Notes: a model not told the origin generated them from the letters alone. A DNA stretch of 64,000 nucleotides from a virus (IMGVR_UViG_3300024269_000002), one strand, 5' to 3'; shown: positions 19,516 to 28,148, counted from the stretch's first letter. A program made the numbers and translations.

Positions 19516-20139
19516 ATGTATTCATTTACTCCCGAACAGAATAAGAAGTTGATTGAAATATATCCATATCTGCTACCTCGAAATGTTTGGACCGATAAAG
19601 TTCCAGAAGATTATGATTACAGTTATGTAAGAGGCCACTATGAACTTCCAGATGGTTGGCTGAGACTCTTTTTATTGTACTGTAAGGCAATCCGACCCAT
19701 TCTTGTAAAGGATAACTTTCTCGATGGATTCCGCTTTTCACAGTTGAAAGAAAAATATGGTTCTATGAGACTGTATAACTTTGGATATCCAAGAGGTATG
19801 GAGGATATTGAGTTTCTATACAGCGGATACAGCGAGTTTGTTTGTCAGCGCTGTGGTAGAATGGCAAAATATAGCACCATCGGTTGGGTAGAACAACTAT
19901 GTGAAGATTGTTATGGCGACAGTGTCTTTGAGTCTGAAAAAGTTGTTAAGCACAGAACAACTAAGATTCGCCGTTGGGGTCCTGATGGAGAGACTGTTCG
20001 AATACTATCCTATAAGGATGTAAACAAGGAATACATGAAATGTTTGAAAATGACTGATGAGCAGTTCTTCAGCTACATAACTAAGGAGGAAAACTATGCT
20101 CCAGAAGAACATCGAAAAACAGGAACGGAAGAATCGTGA
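19516..20139 (+). CDS. Conserved phage protein (QxKEKYG.xR.Y plus C-terminal Zn ribbon)
   Basis: QLKEKYGSMRLY, CQRCG, GW...LC..C. Confidence 0.75.
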   Translation: MYSFTPEQNKKLIEIYPYLLPRNVWTDKVPEDYDYSYVRGHYELPDGWLRLFLLYCKAIRPILVKDNFLDGFRFSQLKEKYGSMRLYNFGYPRGMEDIEFLYSGYSEFVCQRCGRMAKYSTIGWVEQLCEDCYGDSVFESEKVVKHRTTKIRRWGPDGETVRILSYKDVNKEYMKCLKMTDEQFFSYITKEENYAPEEHRKTGTEES

Positions 20140-20481
20140 AACATGGGTAGGATACTACCCTAGACGCACTCCTACCAAGAAAACAAAAATGGATCGGCAG
20201 GAGAGGAAACATAAGAATAAACAAGCCCTGTCACAAACCTCGTGGCAGGGTTCTTATTTTACCAATATTCTGGAAGTTATTTCGGGTTGTGCATGTCACA
20301 ATTAGTTACTTAGAATATATTATACTCCACAAAATAACTTTGTTAGCGACTAAAGCACAAAGTTATACAAATCAAGTTGATTTACAATAATATAATAAAT
20401 ATAATATGACCTGTGGTCATTAACTTAGATAAAGTTAATCAAGTTAATGTTACGATTTAAGTAAAACTATGAGGTTGTGCT

Positions 20482-20685
20482 ATGAAGATGATTTCTGTCA
20501 AAGGTTACAAAGCATTTCATGGACGTATGCTTGTTCAGCTCGCTCCTGATGTGAAGGATGTTGCTCCGTTCGTTGTTGGTCCTTGCGACTGGATCTATAA
20601 TCCACAAACAAATATGTGGGTTGCAGAAGTTCATGCATATTCTGCAAATGTATGTACTCCGTTGTTAGAGGTTGAGAAAAACTAA
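20482..20685 (+). CDS. Hypothetical protein
   Basis: Promoter at 20375, GAGG RBS. Confidence 0.6.
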   Translation: MKMISVKGYKAFHGRMLVQLAPDVKDVAPFVVGPCDWIYNPQTNMWVAEVHAYSANVCTPLLEVEKN

Positions 20686-20796
20686 AATTCTAAGTTGAAT
20701 ATCTTCATTGAGTCAATTATAATGTTGATGTAGATAATAAATTTACAAATGAATTCTCATGATGTTGTACATATTCTATTGAGGAGGAATTTGTAA

Positions 20797-21042
20797 ATGA
20801 ATCAAAAACCACGTTATGCCACTGTTCGTAAGTATGCCACAAGAGAACTTGTAAGCGGAGATTTTCAGCATGCTGTTTTCGGAGCTAGAATTCGTGTAGC
20901 TTCAAACAAAACTGAAATCAAGCTTGCAGATACTCCCGAAGAGATTGTTTACTTTCTCGATGATGTCTCCTACATGAACTTCCTTGAGAAGATTCGTAAA
21001 CAGTTTCCCATAGTTGACGATGTTTGTGCAGTGCATAGATAG
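20797..21042 (+). CDS. Hypothetical protein
   Basis: Promoter at 20693, GAGGAGG RBS. Confidence 0.65.
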   Translation: MNQKPRYATVRKYATRELVSGDFQHAVFGARIRVASNKTEIKLADTPEEIVYFLDDVSYMNFLEKIRKQFPIVDDVCAVHR

Positions 21043-21046
21043 ATAC

Positions 21047-21123
21047 GGGCCATTAGCTCAGTTGGTTAGAGCTTCCGGCTCATAACCGGATCGTCGTTGG
21101 TTCGAATCCAACATGGCCCACCA
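21047..21123 (+). tRNA. tRNA(CAT), probably Ile2
   Basis: Cloverleaf; GGGCCAT acceptor with C4-G69/C5-G68 as in TilS substrates. Confidence 0.85.
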
Positions 21124-21235
21124 CTGTGCATCATAGCATGGTACCTCCTTTCAAATTAAAAAGCCTCAATGTAGCACAAGGCTTCAGTTGCAGCTGTTTC
21201 TGGCGTGCTACACTTCTACGAATTATGTTATATAT

Positions 21236-21329
21236 CCATCAATGGTGAAATGGTAGACACAGCCTCGCCAAGTAGAGGTGCTTCTTAGCGCAGGAAGCGT
21301 TGTTGGTTCAAGTCCAACTTGATGGGCCA
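21236..21329 (+). tRNA. Atypical class II tRNA-like RNA, 8-nt non-canonical anticodon loop
   Basis: CCATCAA/TTGATGG acceptor, Leu-type D arm, loop GCCAAGTA, 7-bp V stem, TTCAAGT T loop, G73-CCA. Confidence 0.8.
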
Positions 21330-21897
21330 GAATGTCGTAGATCTGAATATAGGCGGGGTGGCAAGGCCGAAATCCTCGTGACGGCAATAACAGGGGAGCT
21401 GCTCCTATGGCTGAAGGCTCCTTACGGCATCTAAACAAGATGAGGGATGATAACCTGTCGAGCGGTGAAATGATATATCTGCTGGCGGTGCGTGTACCTA
21501 CACGACATCATGTTTAGCGTTAACCGAACTCATTGCGTAAAGTTGAGTGACTCATGCACAGGTAGCAATTACATTAAATCCGCATCTATAAAGTCATGTT
21601 TCTAGTAACTGTTGTTAGAAGTTGCATGAGAACTTCGTCGTGTTGCGGCGTTTGTTCAATGGTGAATGAAACAGCATCATAGGCCACTAGTTTGATATAT
21701 CTTCAAGGCGTTTGTTTTGATCGTATGGAAGAGGTGTGGCAACGCAGACCAACTTAGATCTCAATAATATCCGAACAAGTCGATAAAGGTTTAGCAAAAC
21801 TTCTTGTATATGATTATTGAGTCTTAAACATAGTGTCTAGGCGTTGAGTAGAAGCTCTGTATTCAAACTAGTGGCACTAGTTGTCTTGGTTAAATAT

Positions 21898-21984
21898 GCG
21901 GGATTGCACGGAATGGTAGACGGGACAGACTCAAAATCTGTTGTCTTTACAGACGTGAGGGTTCGAGTCCCTCATCCCGCACCA
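21898..21984 (+). tRNA. tRNA-Leu(CAA)
   Basis: Cloverleaf, CT-CAA-AA, long V arm. Confidence 0.93.
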
Positions 21985-22042
21985 CATAAAATCTAGTTGA
22001 TATAACTGTTATCATAAATTATAATGTAAGTGTAAATAATTT

Positions 22043-22246
22043 ATGGAGGTAGTTGTTATGCCTAGACCTGATGGTACCCTTTATGCTTGGGAGAGAGCTC
22101 AGATTAACAGCTCTAAGACAAGTTACTATAAAGCTGTTGATGAGGTCAAGAGGCATCCGGAATCCAAAGCTATTTATGAGTCTTTGGAAAAGAAGGCATT
22201 TGCTCACCTGTTAACCGTTACTACCAGATATGCTGGTTGCCGATAA
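22043..22246 (+). CDS. Hypothetical protein
   Basis: Promoter at 21995; GGAGG RBS favours ATG 22058. Confidence 0.55.
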   Translation: MEVVVMPRPDGTLYAWERAQINSSKTSYYKAVDEVKRHPESKAIYESLEKKAFAHLLTVTTRYAGCR

Positions 22247-22434
22247 GAGGTTTTCTGTTAGCCGTATAAAACAGTTTGATTAGAGCTAAGTCGCAAGTCG
22301 CTTAGCGTGAGGCAAGGCTTGACAAAGAGTACAACTTGTTGAGTCACGTTAAGGAGGCATTGGGCCTTAACGTGATGTTCGCAAGCCAGTTAGTTGACTC
22401 CAGATCATTGATGGACTAGATGATCCACTAATCC

Positions 22435-22521
22435 GCCGGTGTGGTGGAACAGGCAGACACAAGGGACTTAAAATCCCTCGGTGGCGACATCGTACCGGTT
22501 CGAGTCCGGTCACCGGCACCA
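22435..22521 (+). tRNA. tRNA-Leu(TAA)
   Basis: Canonical cloverleaf. Confidence 0.97.
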
Positions 22522-22775
22522 ACTACTTGATTCCTGTAGCGTTTGAAATCGCCAATAATGCGACCCAGCAACTTATGTTGCAGCTAAGTGAGGCGTACGA
22601 GGTAAGAAGGGTTGAGTGGTACAAAGCGTCTTGCTTTTGTTGCTTTTTCTTCTGGCTCAGAAATTAAAAGTAATCGTAACGATGCAATACTTACTATGAC
22701 GTGACAGTGTTAGAAGAAGTGAAATCCGACGATAAATCATGGTTGGCAAGCTGGAATAGACAGCTACTTTTATAT

Positions 22776-22866
22776 GGAGCGGTACCCAAGTGGTGAAGGG
22801 GGCAGTTTGCTAAACTGCTAGACGGTTAACAGCCGTGCGAGGGTTCGAACCCCTCCCGCTCCGCCA
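22776..22866 (+). tRNA. tRNA-Ser(GCT)
   Basis: Canonical class II cloverleaf, G73. Confidence 0.97.
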
Positions 22867-23321
22867 AAATGAACAAAGTACAAGTTCATCAGCGATTTGT
22901 AGTATAAGATGAGGAATATACCGAAAAAGAGGTCATATGCTTGAGTAGGAGATCTAGGACGGCTAAGAACCCAACCTGGCTTATCGCGAAACATTAGTCC
23001 GACGAGGACAAGCCCGCCTCGGGGAAAACAAGAGGTGCCCAGCGGGAGGGTATGCCGGCCGTATGAAATATCCCGCCCTTTCAAAAGGTTAGGAAGTTCA
23101 CGATGAGTAAGTTATCACCTGAGCTTGAAGAACTATTTTCAAGTACATTCAAACTTAGAAAGATTCTATCTCCTGTATTACCTCCTGATGCAGTTGATTA
23201 CTTATGTGAATTGATTGCAAAAGATGGTGCACATAGGAAGTTCTTGGAGCTCACAGAAATGCAAGATTAAGTTGATTATTCACACGACACATTATATAAT
23301 GTGGATGTGGTTAATAAATAT

Positions 23322-23412
23322 GGAGGGTTGTCCGAGCGGTTTATGGAGCTGGTCTTGAAAACCAGTGACCGGCGCAAGTCGGCCCAGGGTTCGAATCCCT
23401 GACCCTCCGCCA
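23322..23412 (+). tRNA. tRNA-Ser(TGA)
   Basis: Canonical class II cloverleaf, G73; promoter at 23270. Confidence 0.97.
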
Positions 23413-23457
23413 AAAGTTACAAAGATAAATTCTTAGATGATTGAGGAGATGACCTGT

Positions 23458-25116
23458 ATGAGCAAATTGTCTAATGCAGCAATGGAAATGCGTGAAGAGG
23501 CAACTCTGCGCAGAGACGAGACCGTCGTTAATTTCATGGGTGGTGACTCTTATGTTATCAACCCTCTGGACACATTGAAGATGATTACCGCATCTTCTAT
23601 CTATGGTGAGCCTTCCTATTACAGAGACAGCGCAAGCTCCAAGAAGACTTGCGGCAAGTATACCGTCGATACTCGGTATGTTAAGGACTCTGTTATTCCT
23701 GCCTCCTACGAAGGTAAGCAGACTAACGTGGTTATGGAGGAAGCGATTGACGCTGCTCTGGACTACGATTTTGCTGGCACTCTTCAGTGGGCAATCGAGC
23801 TCCGTAATGAGTTCAATATGCGCTTGAATCCTCAGATCATCATGGTTCGAGCTGCTCTGCATCCGAAGCGTGCTGAGTTTACTGCTGCAAATCCTGGTGA
23901 GTTTGATAAGATCAATCAGCAGGTAATGTCTCGTGCTGATGAGCCGATGACTCAGATGGCTTACTACCTGTACAAGAACAAGGGCAAGAAGAATAACATT
24001 CCTTCTGTTATCAAGCGTTCTTGGGCAACTAAGCTGAGCAAGCTCGGCAGATATCCTGTTGCTAAGTATAAGAATCATGAGATCGGTATGATCAATGCAG
24101 TTCGTTTGTGTCATGCAAATTCTGCAGTAATTGATGAGCTGATGACTTCTGGCACTGTTGAGGTGTCCGAAGATAAGAAGACCTGGGAAAATCTTCGTTC
24201 TGAAGGTAAGTCCTGGAAGGAAATTTTCCATACAGTTGATATGGGTCACATGGCTCTGCTTCGCAATCTGCGTGGCGTATTCACTGAGGTGGATGATGTT
24301 TCCTTCTGCAAGGAGTATCTGGAGAAGCTGAAGGCAGGTGTTCTGTCTGGTAAGCAGTTCCCGTTCCGCTACTACGCAGCAATGAATGCTGTTTCCAGCA
24401 GCCATTGTAATCATCGTTCTATGATTATGGATGCTCTGGAGGAGTGTTTCGACATTGCTCTGGCAAATTATCCTAAGCTCAAGGGCAAGACGATGTGTCT
24501 GTCTGACAACTCTGGCTCTGCTTGGGGTTCTTTCAATTCTGAGTATGGCACTGTCACTATTGCAGAAATTGACAATCTGTCTTCTGTGATTACGGCAGCT
24601 TGCTCTGAAGATGGATATGTTGGTGAGTTTGGTGACAGACTCATTGTACATCCCATCAGTAAGCGTCAGGGTGTGCTGAATCAGGCAAAGCAGATCTCTA
24701 TGGATCGTGGTCATAAGGTTGGTGGCTCCACTGAGGGTGGCATCTGGGAGTTCTTCTACAATGCTATCCGGAACAAGGAGCATTGGGACAACATCTTCAT
24801 CTATTCTGATCAGCAGGCTGGTCATGGTGGCTTGTATGGTACTTCCACTCAGAAGTCTCAGTACAGCAAGGCTGGATTTGCTTGCTCTGGTGGTTGGAGC
24901 TCTGATTACATCAATGTCTACAAGTTGATTCTGGAGTACCGTAAGAAGGTCAATCCTAAGGTCAATGTATTCTCCATTCAGACCGCTGGTTATGACAACA
25001 TCGTCATTCCGGAAATGGCATACCGTACTGCAATCCAGTATGGTTGGACTGGTAAGGAAGCAGTATTTGCTTCTGAGTACATCCGCCAGTGGGATGACAT
25101 TGAAAACCGCAACTAA
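23458..25116 (+). CDS. rsr: Ro60/Rsr TROVE-domain RNA-binding protein with C-terminal vWA
   Basis: N.MGG.SY, LR.E.NMR, RADE, MALLRNLR, KQFPFRYYAA, vWA MIDAS DNSGS and YSDQQ; GAGGAG RBS; flanked by Y-RNA-like genes. Confidence 0.9.
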   Translation: MSKLSNAAMEMREEATLRRDETVVNFMGGDSYVINPLDTLKMITASSIYGEPSYYRDSASSKKTCGKYTVDTRYVKDSVIPASYEGKQTNVVMEEAIDAALDYDFAGTLQWAIELRNEFNMRLNPQIIMVRAALHPKRAEFTAANPGEFDKINQQVMSRADEPMTQMAYYLYKNKGKKNNIPSVIKRSWATKLSKLGRYPVAKYKNHEIGMINAVRLCHANSAVIDELMTSGTVEVSEDKKTWENLRSEGKSWKEIFHTVDMGHMALLRNLRGVFTEVDDVSFCKEYLEKLKAGVLSGKQFPFRYYAAMNAVSSSHCNHRSMIMDALEECFDIALANYPKLKGKTMCLSDNSGSAWGSFNSEYGTVTIAEIDNLSSVITAACSEDGYVGEFGDRLIVHPISKRQGVLNQAKQISMDRGHKVGGSTEGGIWEFFYNAIRNKEHWDNIFIYSDQQAGHGGLYGTSTQKSQYSKAGFACSGGWSSDYINVYKLILEYRKKVNPKVNVFSIQTAGYDNIVIPEMAYRTAIQYGWTGKEAVFASEYIRQWDDIENRN

Positions 25117-25126
25117 ATAAAGTACT

Positions 25127-25267
25127 GGCTGAAGCAGCCGTAACAGTTACTTCTATACAAAACAGATTTGTAAATGTACTTGAAATACATAATTCAAGAG
25201 TTTAATGACACCGCCTCCAGTTGTTAAACACTTTTTTGAAACATACTGTTACATCACTTTCTCAGCC
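25127..25267 (+). ncRNA. YrlA-like Y RNA Y1 (Ser-UGA anticodon stem-loop)
   Basis: GGCTGA/TCAGCC and GTAACAGT/ACTGTTAC stems, AGCAG and TACTTC motifs; insert ATGTA-CTTGAAA-TACAT. Confidence 0.8.
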
Positions 25268-25288
25268 TTTACATAAATAACAAAATAT

Positions 25289-25426
25289 GATTGTTGATGC
25301 AGTTGGGCCAGTTACTTCGGTTAACAATTTTTACTGTCAAATGAAAATTTAGTTGGTTCAAATCCAACAGCGTCCACTGTAGTAGGGCGTAAGTAATTTA
25401 TGCTGGAACAGAATTTCTCAACAATC
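25289..25426 (+). ncRNA. YrlA-like Y RNA Y2 (Asp-like loop plus T arm)
   Basis: GATTGTTGA/TCAACAATC stem, TGCAG and TTACTTC motifs; GTTGG-TTCAAAT-CCAAC T arm. Confidence 0.8.
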
Positions 25427-25441
25427 TTTGAAAACTAGTTC

Positions 25442-25519
25442 GCTGATGCAGCTGGAAGAGTTACTTCAATAGACTGCTAATCTATCATGGGAAACAACAC
25501 TCTTCTTCATATTCTCAGC
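25442..25519 (+). ncRNA. Minimal Y RNA Y3 (Ser-GCU anticodon stem-loop)
   Basis: GCTGA/TCAGC and GAAGAG/CTCTTC stems; insert ATAGA-CTGCTAA-TCTAT. Confidence 0.8.
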
Positions 25520-25540
25520 TTTCTATAAACAGGAAAATAT

Positions 25541-25694
25541 CTATTGTGATGCAGTCGAGTCAGTTACTTCTAATGCTTGGGGAGCACGGGGTCACAGGTT
25601 CGAGTCCTGTCAATCCCTCAAATTCGAGGGTTGTAGCTCAGTCGGTAGAGCACGTACAGAATTTTGTCACTGATTCATTTATTCTCACAAATAG
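25541..25694 (+). ncRNA. YrlA-like Y RNA Y4 containing a circularly permuted tRNA-Pro(GGG)
   Basis: Same scaffold; order anticodon loop TTGGGGA, V loop, T arm, loop-closed acceptor stem, D arm. Confidence 0.9.
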
Positions 25695-25713
25695 TTATTG
25701 TATATAATTATAT

Positions 25714-25796
25714 GTTCCGATGCAGCTTGTAGAGTTACTTCAACATATTTTTGGTTATGTATTAAGAAACAACACTCTACTCATTATCCTCGGAAT
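25714..25796 (+). ncRNA. Minimal Y RNA Y5 (Gln-like loop)
   Basis: TTCCGA/TCGGAA and GTAGAG/CTCTAC stems; insert ACATA-TTTTTGGT-TATGT. Confidence 0.8.
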
Positions 25797-25802
25797 TGAT
25801 TT

Positions 25803-25879
25803 GGGCCCATAGCTCCAACTGGGAGAGCACCTGCTTTGCACGCAGGGGGTTGTCGGTTCGAATCCGACTGGGTCCACCA
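25803..25879 (+). tRNA. tRNA-Ala(TGC)
   Basis: Cloverleaf with G3-U70. Confidence 0.97.
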
Positions 25880-26173
25880 GTTCAATTGATTGAAATGCTT
25901 GTCTGTCCAAGCACACGTTGAGACAGATGGTTGGCGCTGTGAAAGTTAAATGCGTCCAAGTGTAGAGCGAAGGATGGTCGCTACACAAAAATAAATTGTA
26001 TATAACAATATAAAATATCACAAGGAGTTATCTCTCATGTTTGAATTCAGATTTGAACTTAATATGAATCTTGATAACTACCCATGCCATGATATTTTTA
26101 ACCGTTACGGAAGAATTGAACGTAACAGATCGCGAATAACTTGATCATTACAGTATGTTATAATACAAATTGT

Positions 26174-26210
26174 AAGCATTGAGTATTCGCGAAGAGTATT
26201 CAATGCTTTT
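26174..26210 (+). terminator. Intrinsic terminator
   Basis: AAGCATTGAGTATTC-GCGAA-GAGTATTCAATGCTT then T-tract. Confidence 0.75.
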
Positions 26211-26267
26211 ATTTTTAGTTGATAATTCTTGATATATACTATATCATATGAACATAGAATAAGATAT

Positions 26268-26343
26268 GCTCCGTTAGCTCAGCAGGTAGAGCAACTGGCT
26301 GTTAACCAGTGGGTCGGCGGTTCGATCCCGTCACGGAGCGCCA
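26268..26343 (+). tRNA. tRNA-Asn(GTT)
   Basis: Canonical cloverleaf, G73. Confidence 0.97.
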
Positions 26344-26349
26344 AAAGTT

Positions 26350-26450
26350 CACGGTATAGCTTATATGGTAAAGCATCCGAATCCCAGGAACAAGACCGAG
26401 ATGAAATAGCTCTCGAAGATAAATAGGTTCAAATCCTGTTGCCGTGTCCA
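26350..26450 (+). tRNA. Aberrant tRNA-like RNA with no canonical anticodon arm
   Basis: CACGGTA/TGCCGTG acceptor, GCTT/AAGC D arm, TTCAAAT T arm, U73-CCA; about 47-nt two-hairpin insert. Confidence 0.75.
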
Positions 26451-26459
26451 ACAAAATAT

Positions 26460-26546
26460 GGGTCGGTAGAGCGTAGTTGGTACCGCACCGGACTGTAAAT
26501 CCGGTCCTTATTGGCAGCGCTGGTTCGAGTCCAGCCCGGCCCACCA
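26460..26546 (+). tRNA. tRNA-Tyr(GTA)
   Basis: CT-GTA-AA loop, long V arm. Confidence 0.93.
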
Positions 26547-26687
26547 ATGCTTACTTTGATGAAGATGAATGTAGTCAAGTTAAAAACTTATGCCTAAGTA
26601 TATAGTTGATCATCCAGCTATATAGTGACAGGGTAAAACGTCGGGGAAGTTTAGATTAGTGTCACCTGTCATCCTATTAAAATATTT

Positions 26688-26765
26688 CCGGGTGTAGCTC
26701 AGTTTGGCTAGAGCGCGTGATTTGGGATCACGAGGCCGCGAGTTCGAGTCTCGCCACTCGGACCA
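26688..26765 (+). tRNA. tRNA-Pro(TGG)
   Basis: Canonical cloverleaf. Confidence 0.97.
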
Positions 26766-26773
26766 TCATATCT

Positions 26774-26848
26774 GGTGTCTTGGTATAAAGGTTATTATTT
26801 CGGACTGTCTCTCCGAAGATAGGGGTTCGAGTCCCCTAGACATCGCCA
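26774..26848 (+). tRNA. tRNA-Asp(GTC), U37 variant
   Basis: Loop CT-GTC-TC, G73-CCA. Confidence 0.9.
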
Positions 26849-26854
26849 TAAGAT

Positions 26855-26949
26855 GCTCCAATAGCTCAATTGGTAGAGCGGCGGATTTATGCTCCGTTTA
26901 GCGCCAGATTAGCGCGAGGTTCTGGGTTCGAGCCCTAGTTGGAGCACCA
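26855..26949 (+). tRNA. tRNA-Ile(TAT) with a second anticodon-like arm (GAT)
   Basis: GCGGA-TTTATGC-TCCGT then GCGC-CAGATTA-GCGC before GAGGTT and T arm; A73-CCA. Confidence 0.85.
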
Positions 26950-26973
26950 ATACATAACTTGGAGTTGATTTAG

Positions 26974-27249
26974 TTGAGTTCTGAAAAGAAGTGTTCAGGC
27001 GTTCAATTCATAACATATGAAGAGTTTGATAAGTTGCATACAAAGCAGTTACTGGCTATGCGGCATAAGGAAACTGATCCTTATTTCTGTGATTATGTTT
27101 GTCCTGGTTGTTGTGCAATGAGTGACTGTGAATCTGCAAGAGAGCACAACTATAAAACTCTCCGAGAAGTTCTTGCTACAAGACCTCATGTGCTTAACAA
27201 ACAAGAAAGTAAAGCACTACGTAAACAGCGCAAGAAACAAGGTAAATAA
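26974..27249 (+). CDS. Hypothetical Cys-rich basic protein
   Basis: GGAG RBS; L.EVLATRPHV.NK.E.K..RK motif. Confidence 0.65.
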   Translation: MSSEKKCSGVQFITYEEFDKLHTKQLLAMRHKETDPYFCDYVCPGCCAMSDCESAREHNYKTLREVLATRPHVLNKQESKALRKQRKKQGK

Positions 27250-27370
27250 ATTGATACGGGCAGTTAAGTATGTTTACGATACTGTTGGTTTAGTTCATGA
27301 CTGTACTGACGTATATGTGAAAACTTAGTCGGTGCGCAACGATGTTCTTCGGACGCTGTCCCTTTAATTT

Positions 27371-27445
27371 GCCTCAGTAGCCAAGCGGTAAGGCACGATC
27401 TTCATACGGTCGCTATCGTAAGTTCAAATCTTACCTGAGGCACCA
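27371..27445 (+). tRNA. tRNA-Met(CAT), elongator type
   Basis: Loop TT-CAT-AC, A73. Confidence 0.88.
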
Positions 27446-27455
27446 AGATGCGTAT

Positions 27456-27532
27456 GCTCCCTTAGCTCAGCTGGCTAGAGCACTTGACTCTTAATCAAGG
27501 GGTCCTCGGTTCGAACCCGAGAGGGAGTACCA
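27456..27532 (+). tRNA. tRNA-Lys(CTT)
   Basis: Canonical cloverleaf. Confidence 0.96.
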
Positions 27533-27538
27533 AGATAT

Positions 27539-27617
27539 ACATCCGTAGCTCAGTAGGAATTAGAGCGCTTGACTACGAATCAAGAGGTCGTGGGTTCGAG
27601 CCCTACCGGATGTGCCA
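27539..27617 (+). tRNA. tRNA-Arg(ACG)
   Basis: Canonical cloverleaf. Confidence 0.95.
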
Positions 27618-27870
27618 ACACCCTGCCATGATGCAAGGGGACTCGCTGCAGAGGACAAATGTGCAGACTCCGTGCAAGTTAAGGTGGAATCTTGCTTTAT
27701 TGAATTGTTAGCGACAATGATCGACTAACGAGACTACGAAGTGTTACATGGGATCGTCTTCCGTAGTAACATGGAGTCTTGATTAGGGTTGTGAGGCTTC
27801 CACAGGACGATGTAGAAATCCGCTAAGGAACAAAGATTGGATTTTGAAAGAAAACTCTCAACGCGTTTAT

Positions 27871-27947
27871 GCGGGGTTAGCTCAGCCGGTTAGAGCACAT
27901 GCCTTACAAGCATGGGGTCACTGGTTCGAATCCAGTACTCCGCACCA
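27871..27947 (+). tRNA. tRNA-Val(TAC)
   Basis: Canonical cloverleaf. Confidence 0.97.
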
Positions 27948-28068
27948 AGCCGACACTGGCAACATCAATAAGACCAGAAGGAAAAACCATCTGTTTGCTG
28001 GATGTTAACATGTTGAAACATGTCGTATCTCCGCAGGGGTTGATACGTAAATGAATCTCTGCTTTTAT

Positions 28069-28148
28069 GGGCGTATAGACAAATTTGGATCATAGTCACC
28101 AGCCTTTCACGCTGGAGTTTGCGGGTTCGAGCCCCGCTACGCTCACCA
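28069..28148 (+). tRNA. tRNA-Glu(TTC)
   Basis: Loop CT-TTC-AC, enlarged D loop. Confidence 0.93.

Noticed and set aside
22900-22945. Hammerhead ribozyme (GATGAGG...CCGAAA)
   Set aside because: Lacks the CTGA of the core and a convincing stem III.
23341-24825. 494-aa minus-strand ORF (also 12404-13351, 17319-18047, 39648-40421)
   Set aside because: Antisense shadows of well-supported plus-strand genes with biased codons; no RBS or motifs.
25127-25796. CRISPR array reading of the GCAG...AGTTACTTC repeats
   Set aside because: Unit lengths vary from 78 to 154 nt, repeats are not identical, conservation is structural, and no cas genes are present.
25896-25928. Pistol ribozyme or preQ1 riboswitch (TGCTTG-TCTGTC-CAAGCA ... 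GACAGA pseudoknot)
   Set aside because: An H-type pseudoknot is possible, but the family-defining conserved nucleotides are absent.
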